Notes: generated from the sequence alone by a model not told the origin. Positions 16,609 through 26,997 are shown, numbered from the stretch's first letter. The stretch is DNA of 64,000 nt from an uncultured virus (IMG/VR IMGVR_UViG_3300037067_009972) (IMGVR_UViG_3300037067_009972); one strand, 5' to 3'. A program made the numbers and translations.

Positions 16609-17210
16609 TGGCTTCTCGTAAAAAAGTAATGATAGCAGGAGCCGGCGGGATTAATTCATGGTTTGTAACATTAATCGCTGATTTAATTTCAAAAGAACAA
16701 ATACCGTTACTCTGGGAATTTACTATTTACGATGGAGATAGCGTTGAAAAGAAAAATTTGTTATATCAAAATTTTCAATTTGAAGATCAACTCGAAAATA
16801 AAGCTGAGATATTAGGTAAAAGATATGGACTTGGGTATAAACCTAAATATGTAAAAAATTCAAAAGAATTTGAGCCCTATGATGTTGTAGTTTGTGGTGT
16901 CGACAATCGGGAATTCCGGGCGATGTTGTTCGAGTACATGAGCGAACATCCTGAAAAGCTGTGGATCGATATGCGATCTGAGGGACGAGCGGTAGCAGTC
17001 TTCGCAAAAAACTCTAAAAATACTTTGGAAGAATTAAACAAAACTTTGCCAGAGGAAGATACAGGGTCGGGGAGCTGTCAATTGTCGTTCGAACTATCAG
17101 CCGGTATTGTCCAGCTAGGCAACCGTATAGCTGCAAATATCGGGGCTCAATATCTTCTTAATATTATCCGCGATGAAGCCAACCCGGCTGCATTCATAAG
17201 ACGATTTTAA
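16608..17210 (+). CDS. second ThiF/E1-like adenylyltransferase
   Basis: IAGAGGINS, DGDSVEKKNL.YQNF, NKAE, GVDN...R and GSCQ Cys. Confidence 0.88.
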   Translation: MASRKKVMIAGAGGINSWFVTLIADLISKEQIPLLWEFTIYDGDSVEKKNLLYQNFQFEDQLENKAEILGKRYGLGYKPKYVKNSKEFEPYDVVVCGVDNREFRAMLFEYMSEHPEKLWIDMRSEGRAVAVFAKNSKNTLEELNKTLPEEDTGSGSCQLSFELSAGIVQLGNRIAANIGAQYLLNIIRDEANPAAFIRRF

Positions 17211-17365
17211 GAACACGCACGCTTTACGTATTATGCACATTTCAAGTGATTATTGGGTTGCCGCCAATAGTGTCTAGTCGCTTATAACTTATGTTGGGCC
17301 GAGTTTTTTCGGCCTAACATATAAGTTGCTAAATACATAAAGCCTTTAAACAATAAGAGGAAAAA

Positions 17366-18022
17366 ATGGCAACTAAATATAAAATAAGTATACCGATTAT
17401 AATTGCACTTTTAGTAAGCATATTAACATTTTCAAGTACTACTGCGCCAAATATAGTCGATAAAGAGAGTACAACAGCTTTAAAAAATCCTTTAATCAGT
17501 GTATATTCTGAAAATATTCGAATACAACAGTGGAAACATTATTATACCTCTGTGGATAATTCATCACTAAATAATGTACATGGCAGGGAATTTTATACAT
17601 ACCCAATTGTACAAAGTTTACTAAAAAATGGTATACCAATGGAACGAGCAGAAATTTATGCTATGTTACCTGAAATTGAAAGTAAGTGGAACATTCGAGC
17701 TGTGTCTAACAAAGGTGCTATAGGTTTATGGCAAATTATGGGACCCACAGCAAGGCGTTTTCATTTTAAAGAAATAGATATGTATGATCCTGTTTTAGCA
17801 ACTAAATGCGCTACACAGTATTTAACATATTTAGACTCTCTATTCTCTGGAGATGTGGCAGCAGTTTTGTTTTCGTACAATGGTGGGGAAAGTGGTGTTA
17901 AGTCCTTAGCCAAGAAATATAAAACTGATAATGTGTGGATGATTGCTTTTTCAACTCAAGAAACACATGAATTTGCTCCTAAAGTTTTAGGGGCATGGTT
18001 GTGTAAGAAAGAACGTCAGTAA
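17366..18022 (+). CDS. lytic transglycosylase (SLT domain) with N-terminal signal/anchor
   Basis: IES, AVS.KGAIGLWQIM, SYNGG, ET..F..KV. Confidence 0.9.
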   Translation: MATKYKISIPIIIALLVSILTFSSTTAPNIVDKESTTALKNPLISVYSENIRIQQWKHYYTSVDNSSLNNVHGREFYTYPIVQSLLKNGIPMERAEIYAMLPEIESKWNIRAVSNKGAIGLWQIMGPTARRFHFKEIDMYDPVLATKCATQYLTYLDSLFSGDVAAVLFSYNGGESGVKSLAKKYKTDNVWMIAFSTQETHEFAPKVLGAWLCKKERQ

Positions 18023-18226
18023 TGGTTTGAAGAAATTCACCATGTAACTGATTATATTTCATTACATTAATTGTAAAATCTACCCACTGAAGATTGGAGA
18101 GTTCGTTTGTGCCTCCTTTTGAGGTGGGTATTTTATGATCGATACTTGCAATCTCTACAAAGCCCCTTGTTAAATAAAATAATATCACATTCACGTTTTA
18201 TACGAATATCTTTTTCTCGGTTTCAT
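17979..18226 (-). pseudogene. degenerate HNH endonuclease
   Basis: ASIDHKIPTSKGGTNELSNLQWV...N.MK; upstream part broken across frames (a GLCRDCK fragment lies in another frame). Confidence 0.6.
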
Positions 18227-18354
18227 TTTTGTTTCTCGATATATTTGTCAATAGCTCGACGGATAAGCGCCGATACGCTTAACCCAGCTCTTTTGGAAAT
18301 CTTAGAAAGAGCCACTATTTGTGGTTTTGTTAAATACATATCTATTCTTTTCAT
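18223..18354 (-). CDS. ribbon-helix-helix (CopG-like) DNA-binding protein
   Basis: MKRIDMYLT.......L...S...G.SVSALIRRAIDKY. Confidence 0.8.
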   Translation of the reverse strand: MKRIDMYLTKPQIVALSKISKRAGLSVSALIRRAIDKYIEKQK

Positions 18355-18421
18355 ATGTATAATATACACATATTTCTTATCAAAGTTAATGTGTAAGTAA
18401 TAATTAATAAGGATAATACGA

Positions 18422-19222
18422 ATGAACGCTTTATCCACGTACTTTAGAGACATCTCAAACTATGAGGTACTAAGCGCAGAAGTTCAATCAGAGCTTGTAT
18501 TGCGTGCCCAAAAAGGTGATAAGGGCGCGCAAAAACAACTCATAACATCCAATCTAAAATTTGTAATAACAATTGCCAGACAATACATAGGACAAGGAAT
18601 ACCTCTAGAAGATTTAGTATCTGAAGGTAACTTTGGCATTATTAAAGCAATTGAACGCTTCGATCCTAAACAAGGCACTAAATTTCTCACATATGCCTCG
18701 TGGTGGATACGTCAAGCCATACTCTACTCATTATCCGAACAAAACCGACAAGTACGATTGCCGGCAAATCGTGTTGGTATCTTACAACAATACAATAAAA
18801 CTATAATGCAGATGGAGCAGGATTTGAACAGAGAGGTTAGTTCAAATGAAGTGTTAACAGAAATGGGATTGGAATCTGGAGACTTAGTAAGACAATCGAG
18901 TGTAAGTTACCACACCGAGGTCGATGAAGGTACAATTCTCTTGGATTTATTACCAAATCCGGACGGTGAGTGCCCGGATGCTGCTTTACTTCGAGAATCA
19001 TTACAAGAAGAAATAAGGTATGTATTAGCATTAATTCCAAAACGTGAACGAGTAATATTAGAAATGTATTATGGATTTGATCGCCCGCGTTCATATACTT
19101 TGGAAGAAATTGGTGAACAATTAAAATTAACCAGAGAACGTATCCGACAGTTAAGAAATAAAGCTATTAAAGATTTACGGCGTTTAAATCGCAGACGAAA
19201 ATTGGAAAATTTAAAAGATTAA
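18422..19222 (+). CDS. RNA polymerase sigma factor, sigma70 family (RpoD/RpoS-like, no region 1.1)
   Basis: SNLKFVITIA, DLVSEGNFG, FLTYASWWIRQ, TLEEIG...LTRERIRQ. Confidence 0.95.
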   Translation: MNALSTYFRDISNYEVLSAEVQSELVLRAQKGDKGAQKQLITSNLKFVITIARQYIGQGIPLEDLVSEGNFGIIKAIERFDPKQGTKFLTYASWWIRQAILYSLSEQNRQVRLPANRVGILQQYNKTIMQMEQDLNREVSSNEVLTEMGLESGDLVRQSSVSYHTEVDEGTILLDLLPNPDGECPDAALLRESLQEEIRYVLALIPKRERVILEMYYGFDRPRSYTLEEIGEQLKLTRERIRQLRNKAIKDLRRLNRRRKLENLKD

Positions 19223-22200
19223 TGGTAAATCTAGTAAAAGAACCGGGCAAAGAATTTGACGATGCCCTTGCATTTTTAGGTCAGCTAAAAATTATGGGAG
19301 TTGATACAGAGACAACGGGTATTAACCCCATAAATAATAAAGTGTTACTAGTACAAATGGGTAATATGCACCAACAATATGTATTCGATGTTGCACGTCT
19401 AGGCAAAGAAATCCAGAAAATAAAACCGCTGTTAGAAGATTCCGCTATTATTAAAATATTACATAATGCAAAATTTGATTATAAATTTATCAAACAATCA
19501 TTGGGTATAGAAATTGATAATATATACGATTCAATGCTAGCAGAACAACTATTGCAAAAAGGTCGAAAACTTTCTGGGTTTAGTTTAGAAGCAGTATCAG
19601 AAAAATATGCTGGAGCAAAATTAGATAAAGATATCCGAAAAAGTTTTATAGGATTAGTATACGGAGAAAATTTTAGTGCAGCACAAATTGAATACGCTGC
19701 AGCTGACGTAAAACATCTTCATAAAATAATGGAAGAACAGCTTAGTTTAGTAAAACGTGATGGATTACTTAAAGTAACAGAAATTGAAATGGGGGTAATA
19801 CCTGCTACAGGTGATATGGAACTAAATGGTATGAAGATAGATAAAACTAAATGGTTAACTGCAGAAGCGCAAGCAAAAAAAGAACGGCAGGAAGCTCTAA
19901 AAAAGTTGGATTCTATACTTTCACCATTTTTAGAGGTCGATATGTTTGGAAAACCTCTCATCAATTACAATAGTCCAAAACAATTACTTAGTGTATTGAA
20001 AGTTGCTGTTGATTCTACATTAACAACGACACGTGAACCAGATATCAAAGATATCAATCATCCGATTATAGAGGCTTTGTTGTATTATCGAGGTATGGAA
20101 AAACGTGTAACAACTTACGGTGAATCATTTTTAAAAAATATAAATGAAATAACCGGACATATACATTCTGAGTTTAACCAACTAGAAACTGATACGGGTA
20201 GATATAGTAGTAGCAACCCTTGTAGAAGGGGGTTTAAATGGGAACATTAAAACAAAAGAATGTTAATTCGGTGAAACGCTCTAAGAGCCAACCCCGAGCT
20301 AAACTTAAGGAAAAAATAATAAAGTACTGGCACACGAGAAAAACTCTTTTTCAAATAGCGAAATTAGTTGGTTGTAGACAACCTACCGTTAAAAAGACTT
20401 TTCTAACCGCTTATGGAAAAACTTTCGTAAGAAATCGAAGTACTAATTTATATAGGTTATCGAAACTTGGAATAAAAAATCCTGTAAAAGGTAAGCGCTT
20501 TAATAAACATCCTAGTTGGAAAGGACATAGTCCAGATCTAAAAGGATATCTAACTACGGTAAAACCTATTTGGTGGACAGGCAAACAAAAGAAAAGAATT
20601 TTTGAACATCATATGGTTTATGCACAAACACATAAACTAACGTATATACCAAAAGGGTATGACGTCCATCATAAAGATGGTAATGGGTTTAACAATAAAC
20701 CAAAAAATTTAGAGATGATTAAACATTCTGATCATATGCATTTGCACCAACTTAAGAGACGTGTAACGACTAGTCGAAAGACGTAGAGCCAAGTGGCTCG
20801 AAACACATTCACTCCAGAACGGAGTATGATATAGTCTGCTCTATATGGCAACATATAGCTGGGGTAACCCGGGGATAGCCTAACAACCTATCTCGAACAC
20901 AAGGAATTTACAAAATATACCTGTAAAAGATACAGCAACATATCGTGAAGCATTTACAGCTTTCGATGATGATAGCGTACTAGTAGATGCTGACTATTCA
21001 AATATGGAACTCCGAATTCTCGCAGACTTGTCGCGCGAACCTAAATGGTTAGAGATCTTTGAAAAAGGTCTCGACATGCATTGTGAAATAGGAACCATGT
21101 TATTCGGGGTACCCATCCGATTAAAGGGTACAAATGGTCCAAATGACCCAGGAGAAAATACCCATTTACGTAAAATTGTAAAAAGTATAAACTTCGGTGT
21201 CGGTGGGTAAATTATGAAAACCATAGCCGACAATAAAACTGTCAAATTCGGTGAAACCCGTAAGGGCAATACCGAGCTAAGCCAATTACAGGAAAGTGTA
21301 GAGACTAGACGGCAGATAAAGAAAATATGTTTGAATTGTAACAAGCCTTTAGGACATCATAGATCTAAATTTTGTTGTTCATTGTGCAGAATTCAATATA
21401 AACGGAAAACAAAGTTACCCTTGCAAAACTGCGTTACCTGTAATAACCCTATAAAAAAAATAAATATGTAAACGCCAAATATTGTAGTAAAGTTTGTAAA
21501 AATCGCCACAATAGTTATAAATGGCGTGTCAAAAAGGGGTTAATCAAAAAGCCAGGAGTTGGTTCTGGACATGCGCAAGGGGTTGGCAAAAAGCATCATA
21601 CTTACAAAAATGGCCGAAAGCATTTTCGTAAAATTGCCTTAAAACATTATGAGCATAGATGTTATAACTGTGGCAAAACTAAGGTAAAATTAGATATACA
21701 TCATAAAGATTTTGATATTTCACAAAATAATAATAATCTAACTAATTTAATACCACTTTGTCGTGGATGCCATAAGAAAGTTCACTCTGGTAAAATTTCT
21801 TTAAAGGTATAGTCCAACCCCAAAGGCAACTTTGGGATAATTATATGGGATGGGAGCTCAGAAATTAGCGCGTGAAGTAAAAGTTTCATTTCCAGAAGCC
21901 CGACAACTTTTAAATAAGTATTGGACTTCTTTCCCCAAAGTTAAAAGTTTCTTCAATGATTATGTAACAGAATGTGTACGCAACAAATGTGTACGCTCTC
22001 CTTATGATAATCGTTTAAGATGGTTAGAAGGTTTTGACTTTGATTCACAAAAAGAATTAGCCCGTGTACGAAACATGACTATGAATTTCCCTATGCAATC
22101 CGGTAATGCAAGTATAACAAAACTAGCGCTTACAACATTGCGGCGGGAAATAAAAAAGCGGCAATTACCAACGCAAATAATATGTAATATTCATGATGAA

Positions 22201-22341
22201 ATACTTTGCAATAGTAAAAAAACTCATGCGATTGAAGTTGAACAACTATTACAGAAATGCATGCAAGATGCCGCTGAAACATATGTAAAAAATGTAAAAA
22301 TTAAAGTTGAGTCATCAATTGCGCCTTATTGGAAAAAATAA
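19222..22341 (+). CDS. polA: family A DNA polymerase (3'-5' exo + pol); exons 19222-20220, 20905-21204, 21844-22341 (~598 aa spliced)
   Basis: DTETTG and HNAKFD exo motifs; splicing restores TGRYSSSNP|NLQNIP, DYSNMELR, KSINFGVG|YGMG and IHDE. Confidence 0.92.
20221..20904 (+). mobile_element. group I intron 1 in polA
   Basis: 5' exon ends in U within P1 (AACCCT/GGGGTT); P7 halves GACTA and TAGTC; terminal G at 20904; removal restores the frame. Confidence 0.9.
20238..20786 (+). CDS. intron-encoded HNH homing endonuclease (start uncertain)
   Basis: FEHH.V, DVHHKDGNGFNNKPKNLE...H...H. Confidence 0.85.
   Translation: MGTLKQKNVNSVKRSKSQPRAKLKEKIIKYWHTRKTLFQIAKLVGCRQPTVKKTFLTAYGKTFVRNRSTNLYRLSKLGIKNPVKGKRFNKHPSWKGHSPDLKGYLTTVKPIWWTGKQKKRIFEHHMVYAQTHKLTYIPKGYDVHHKDGNGFNNKPKNLEMIKHSDHMHLHQLKRRVTTSRKT
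21205..21843 (+). mobile_element. group I intron 2 in polA (apparent terminal A)
   Basis: P1 GTCGGT/GCCGAC, P10 CCATA/TATGG, core AATTCGGTGAAACCC...CAATACCGAGCTAAG...GAGACTA...TAGTCC, P9 CCCAAAG-GCAA-CTTTGGG. Confidence 0.88.
21214..21812 (+). pseudogene. intron-encoded Zn-finger HNH endonuclease split by a frameshift at an A8 run
   Basis: Frame 1 (CxxC repeats) stops at 21471; the -1 frame continues KYVNAKYCSKVC...CYNC...LDIHHKD....NNNLTNLIPLCRGCHKKVH to TAG 21812. Confidence 0.75.
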
Positions 22342-22344
22342 ATA

Positions 22345-22737
22345 ATGAAAGATTATACTACCGTTAAAGATAGCGGTGAAAGACAAGAATTTTCAACAGG
22401 ATCAGTTCGAGATACTCGAACCGGTAAAGGTAGGTTCGACTTAGTACCAACACTACCGTTGCGACGTTTGGCAAAACATTATGAAAACGGTGCTATAAAA
22501 TACGGTGATCGCAACTGGGAAAAGGGGCAACCCCTTAGTCGTTACCTAGACAGTGCTTTTAGACACTTAATTTGTGTACTTGAAGGTCAAACAGACGAAG
22601 ATCATGTCAGTGCGGTTAGTTGGAATATGTTTGCTTATTTAACAACATTAGATAAAATTAATAAAGGACAATTACCCGCCGAACTCGATGATTTAGAACA
22701 TTGCGATCAAGAGTTTAATAAAGCTAATGAGAAGTAG
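22345..22737 (+). CDS. dATP/dGTP diphosphohydrolase-domain protein (DUF5664-like)
   Basis: KDSGER..F.TG.VRD...GK.RFDL.P, GAIKYGDRNWEKG, SA.RH, EDH..A..WN. Confidence 0.85.
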   Translation: MKDYTTVKDSGERQEFSTGSVRDTRTGKGRFDLVPTLPLRRLAKHYENGAIKYGDRNWEKGQPLSRYLDSAFRHLICVLEGQTDEDHVSAVSWNMFAYLTTLDKINKGQLPAELDDLEHCDQEFNKANEK

Positions 22738-22741
22738 AAAC

Positions 22742-22778
22742 AAAAAAGCCCGATGAGTTATCACCGGGCTTTTATTTT
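22742..22778. terminator. bidirectional intrinsic terminator between the convergent arms
   Basis: AAAAAAGCCCGATGA-GTTA-TCACCGGGCTTTTATTTT. Confidence 0.85.
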
Positions 22779-22791
22779 TACTATCTTGATA

Positions 22792-23460
22792 TTATGTAGT
22801 TCCACCTACAGCTAATGGCGCAATATTAGTGCAGCGAACTAATGCACTTTCCATCACGATATATTGCTGTCCTTGAATATTCATTTGATGATTTTGTATT
22901 AAACAATTCTCTGCATAAAAAGCTGCTACCCATTGGCCTTTACCATTATCTGCGCCTTCTTGATCACTATCTTGATATAATATTGCTAATCCAAAAGGTG
23001 AATTAAAGAAACTTGACGCTAAATTCAAATAAAATGCACCACCAGAAGTATCCTCACTACCAGTATATGCACCAAGTCCTGGAGAATCATTACCGGTAGG
23101 AACAGAAATACCATTTCTAGTAGTTACTGCTCCGAGTAAAGAATCGCCATTAAATACTACTCGATTAAGTTGCAACTGAGCAAAAGTACGTCCAGGTAAG
23201 ATATATGGTAATCGCGAACCAATTTCAAACAACTGTATAATATTCTTATTCTGTTGAATCGACACAGAATCACACATCCCAATAGGAATGAGTTCATCCA
23301 TTACTGCGTTTGCTTTTGCTGGTGGGCCTGCGGCCAATACTACTGACTCTGCAGAGATAAAATTATTTAATGCACCATCAACGTTTAGAAGATCTCTTTG
23401 TTGTGCATGTTGAATTCTAAACGTCCAATCTTTTACTGTGCTTTGCATTTCTTGTGCCAT
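22792..23460 (-). CDS. putative tail tube protein
   Basis: Directly downstream of the sheath gene; IG....S.QQ......FEIGS...Y..PG pattern. Confidence 0.7.
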   Translation of the reverse strand: MAQEMQSTVKDWTFRIQHAQQRDLLNVDGALNNFISAESVVLAAGPPAKANAVMDELIPIGMCDSVSIQQNKNIIQLFEIGSRLPYILPGRTFAQLQLNRVVFNGDSLLGAVTTRNGISVPTGNDSPGLGAYTGSEDTSGGAFYLNLASSFFNSPFGLAILYQDSDQEGADNGKGQWVAAFYAENCLIQNHQMNIQGQQYIVMESALVRCTNIAPLAVGGTT

Positions 23461-23474
23461 ATTATTTTATCTCC

Positions 23475-25112
23475 TTAGAATATCAAATCAATCTTAATGT
23501 AATTTACAGGATATGGAGGCAATATAGTAATACTTACTAATACTGTATCTTTACTAACAGTATCCTGTGCTACAGATACCACAGTAAACCCGTTTAAAAT
23601 ACCGTCCCGTACAAGAATTTCTCCCGCGCCCTTGATAGCAAATGAAATTGCATCGAGGGTTGATTTATTAATAACATATTTACCAATATACGGTTCCACT
23701 GTGTTACGTATAAATTTTGCTGTATAATCTACCGTTTTAGTAATACTAACTTCACGTTTTTCAATAGAACTCATGTCAGTAGAAAGTTGATGTCTACAAA
23801 CAATTGGAGATGAAGCTTTCGATTGTTTCAGAATATAGTTGCCACCTTGAGCCATTGTATTTAAATGGGTTTCAGTGAAATAATCTGTACTGTATTTAAC
23901 TGAATTGATGCCCGCTACTGCTAAGTTAGTTAACGGCTGCTGTGGAGTATTTCCTGCTATTTGCCCTGCTATAGAAGGTGCCAATGCTACTGACCCTGGA
24001 AGCGGCACATATGCATAAAAGTAAGGATCACCTGTTTCTTCCGCATGTGATTTTAAAGCTGTCCATAATGTTTCTGTAATTTGCTCACCAACACCAGTTG
24101 CAGGGCGTACTGTATAATTTCTGTATGTAACAACTTCGTTAGTGGCACTAAATGATGTTCGTTGATCTAAATAAGCGTAGGCTGTTTGACTAAACCCATT
24201 ATTATAAAGATCACTTATATACGAGGGTCTTAATGTAGAAATGTGGCGAAGTTCGCGCACAAAGGCTAAATCTGGAAAAGCGTAAACTACACGTTTTTCG
24301 CTAAGACCGGCAGCTGCAGTACTTACTGCTAAAGCTGTTGAGGATTTATCAACTCCCCATGGAATTTTAGGACAACTAATAACAACACGCTCTCGCTTTG
24401 CGGTTGATAACGACATTGCATTTGCGTGGGTCTTATAATTAGCTATAATCGCCGAATCATAAGTTATTGCTGCCAAAGCATATATCTCTACTGTTTCAAA
24501 ATCTGATAATGCCAAAGAATGGCTAGTTGCTGCAGAGGCAACACCAGAAACCGAACAAGATAAACTTGCATAGTCGTCTACAACAGTGCCGTACCCGTAT
24601 GTTGAAGCATTGCCATTACTTAACGCCTGGGATAACGCAAACCCAAGTGGATTCATAGATGAAACGCTGCCCAATTCATCGATAATTGTCTCTACAGAAT
24701 CATATACTTTAGGAGTTGCATAATCAGAACGCAATGCACGATATCCTACAAATATTGATGCTCCAGTCCAACCCGCATTTGCTGGAATTACAACTGTACC
24801 TGTTCCGAACGTAAGACCACTAGATATAATTAATCTTGAACCTACTGGATGTGTTTCTGTTCCAGTTTTTAACATAACGAAATCTACATAAACCGATGTA
24901 GTGTCTAAGGCCATGCCAGTTTCTAAACCACTTAATGTTAATGTTGTTTGACTACCATTAAATTGTGCGTAAGGACTAGCTAAACTTGAATCAACATCTA
25001 CCACATAATATGCTGGGCCGATTACCGCCGGTACCAGATCTGGTGCGATTAGTGTTGGAGAAACTGTCTTTTGTATTTGTTTTACCTCTACTTGAGGTGG
25101 ATTGTATGACAT
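23475..25112 (-). CDS. contractile tail sheath protein
   Basis: Y.PP.V.V N-terminus; RHQLSTD, EVSI...DY, YIGK, V....PYPVNYIKI C-terminus. Confidence 0.88.
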   Translation of the reverse strand: MSYNPPQVEVKQIQKTVSPTLIAPDLVPAVIGPAYYVVDVDSSLASPYAQFNGSQTTLTLSGLETGMALDTTSVYVDFVMLKTGTETHPVGSRLIISSGLTFGTGTVVIPANAGWTGASIFVGYRALRSDYATPKVYDSVETIIDELGSVSSMNPLGFALSQALSNGNASTYGYGTVVDDYASLSCSVSGVASAATSHSLALSDFETVEIYALAAITYDSAIIANYKTHANAMSLSTAKRERVVISCPKIPWGVDKSSTALAVSTAAAGLSEKRVVYAFPDLAFVRELRHISTLRPSYISDLYNNGFSQTAYAYLDQRTSFSATNEVVTYRNYTVRPATGVGEQITETLWTALKSHAEETGDPYFYAYVPLPGSVALAPSIAGQIAGNTPQQPLTNLAVAGINSVKYSTDYFTETHLNTMAQGGNYILKQSKASSPIVCRHQLSTDMSSIEKREVSITKTVDYTAKFIRNTVEPYIGKYVINKSTLDAISFAIKGAGEILVRDGILNGFTVVSVAQDTVSKDTVLVSITILPPYPVNYIKIDLIF

Positions 25113-25117
25113 AATAG

Positions 25118-25999
25118 TTAACTTTCTGGATTAATAATTGATCTTGGAAGATCGTATGATAACATTTTTGCACCCATATAAGGAGATGCTAATCCCCAGC
25201 CTAAAGCTGACGAGGTGCCCTTAATTATTTTTTTGTGGATTGGCGCGGAACTTCCATCCGGATTAGTTGCTGTCGCGCCCTCTAGTGCCCCCATTCCTAA
25301 ACCTGACCCTAATGCGGCCCCAACCAGTTTTCCTGGAAGTGACCTTTTATATCTAAAACCATCCTTTGTATGATGCATGGTTTCTTTCATTTCTCTACCC
25401 AGTACTTGCCCAACACGTGCGACCGGATTCTGACCAGTAATGCCTAAAGATTGCGCCGTTGACTTATCTGCTATAGCAGTAAAGTTTCTTGCCATATTAC
25501 CTATTGACCGGGTAACACCAGAACCTTGTGGTTCCATTATCTTTTGAACGGGAGATTTAGCCGTAATACTAAACATTGCACGATTTTTCGGACCCTGTAT
25601 TGTAGCCGCTGGAATCTCTTTTAGATGTTCTGCTGTTGCCCAATTCTTAGAGAGATATTTACCGACACCTTTTAATGCAAATGCGTTCGTATTGCTTGTG
25701 GATAATACTTTTAATTCATTGGCGAGACCTTTAATTCTTGCCATATCAACACCACCTTGGCCGAATCCAGCATAAGTTTTGCCGGCGAATCCGCCAAATA
25801 ATCCGCCCGTTGCAGCACCAACCATAAAACCTTTTGTCTTCTGACCTTCTTGCGCCGAACTTGCGCCGACCACACCACCCGTTAATGCGCCGACCCCCGC
25901 GCCGACCATTTTTGCAGTAGTGGCTTCGATAGGTTTTTTAGTCACATTTAATAAAGTCTGTGATGCACCAGAAAATAATTTTGTTAATAATGGATTCAT
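25118..25999 (-). CDS. Gly/Ala-rich basic virion-associated protein with glycine-zipper segments
   Basis: GAGVGALTGGVVG, GAATGGLFGGFAG, GAALGSGLGMG. Confidence 0.65.
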   Translation of the reverse strand: MNPLLTKLFSGASQTLLNVTKKPIEATTAKMVGAGVGALTGGVVGASSAQEGQKTKGFMVGAATGGLFGGFAGKTYAGFGQGGVDMARIKGLANELKVLSTSNTNAFALKGVGKYLSKNWATAEHLKEIPAATIQGPKNRAMFSITAKSPVQKIMEPQGSGVTRSIGNMARNFTAIADKSTAQSLGITGQNPVARVGQVLGREMKETMHHTKDGFRYKRSLPGKLVGAALGSGLGMGALEGATATNPDGSSAPIHKKIIKGTSSALGWGLASPYMGAKMLSYDLPRSIINPES

Positions 26000-26826
26000 G
26001 CTATTGTTATGTTATAAGTAATAGGTTCTATATGTCGTAGTATAGGATACAATTCATAAGGATAGCTGGTTAAATAAAATACTTTTTGCGTGCCATTCCC
26101 AGTACCCAGTGTTTCCGTTTTATCTGCCAAAGTAATTCCATCCAAATATTTTGCATACACCGTCAAACCAGACATAAGCGGATCAGTAAACGTTATTGTT
26201 AAACCTGATACACTATATGTTAAATAATCACCCGGATCGGCTACTCCAAGGATTGTTTGAAGATACGAGGTTCCGAAACCATCTGTATACACACGTAAAT
26301 CATAACTTGCTGCAACCGTAGAAACTGTTGCCTGTGCCGCATAATACACTGTTACTGGTACTGCGAAAACCCGCCCCACGTTATCTACACGTATAGGCTG
26401 CTCTTCTTCCATCTGTATATCAAGTAATTGATGAATATAGTTGTTTCGAAATTTATCTTTATACGCAACTAAATTGTTAAATAAAGCATCAGCTATTAAT
26501 TCTGCTTCCACACCATTAGGTGACAAACATTGATATGTTACAGAACCTACAACAATGTCAGATCGCACCTTACTTGCATTATCTACACCAAACCCCGGAT
26601 ATTTAAAACGTTGATCAATAGCAACACGCCCCCAACGTTTGGGTCTAGAAGCTAAAATAATTGCAGGATATTTTTCATTTGTGCCAGATATTGCTGAAAA
26701 TTTGTCTCCTATATAAATCTGGGTAAGTCTAGGATCCACATTCCATGTATATCGACTGGGCACATCCCGAAAAAAATGTTGCGCAAAAGAAAGAAATGTC
26801 CTTTTAATATTCAGAGATAAACTCAT
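25996..26826 (-). CDS. putative tail terminator/neck protein
   Basis: Position before the sheath; EKYPAII motif, beta-rich. Confidence 0.55.
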   Translation of the reverse strand: MSLSLNIKRTFLSFAQHFFRDVPSRYTWNVDPRLTQIYIGDKFSAISGTNEKYPAIILASRPKRWGRVAIDQRFKYPGFGVDNASKVRSDIVVGSVTYQCLSPNGVEAELIADALFNNLVAYKDKFRNNYIHQLLDIQMEEEQPIRVDNVGRVFAVPVTVYYAAQATVSTVAASYDLRVYTDGFGTSYLQTILGVADPGDYLTYSVSGLTITFTDPLMSGLTVYAKYLDGITLADKTETLGTGNGTQKVFYLTSYPYELYPILRHIEPITYNITIA

Positions 26827-26968
26827 CTAAGGTCTTCTCCTTCCCAAATAACAACTCATCCAGCGTTTTCTCGGTTGTTACGTCTTCCTCAGCCTGTTTT
26901 TTCATCTTTTGAACTAGTTCCATAACCGAGGTATCCAATTTAGGCTCTAACCGTATCTTAATATTCAT
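26804..26968 (-). CDS. small acidic hypothetical protein (start uncertain)
   Basis: Manual translation MNIKIRLEPKLDTSVMELVQKMKKQAEEDVTTEKTLDELLFG...; below the ORF-track cutoff. Confidence 0.4.
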   Translation of the reverse strand: MNIKIRLEPKLDTSVMELVQKMKKQAEEDVTTEKTLDELLFGKEKTLDEFISEY

Positions 26969-26997
26969 ATATTACGCATTATTCTACTTATTGTCAA
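26969..26997 (-). promoter_or_regulatory. sigma70-type promoter
   Basis: TTGACA-17 nt-TAATAT. Confidence 0.6.

Noticed and set aside
21004..21210. 68-aa ORF, and 21850-22341, as separate genes
   Set aside because: They are parts of polA exons 2 and 3.
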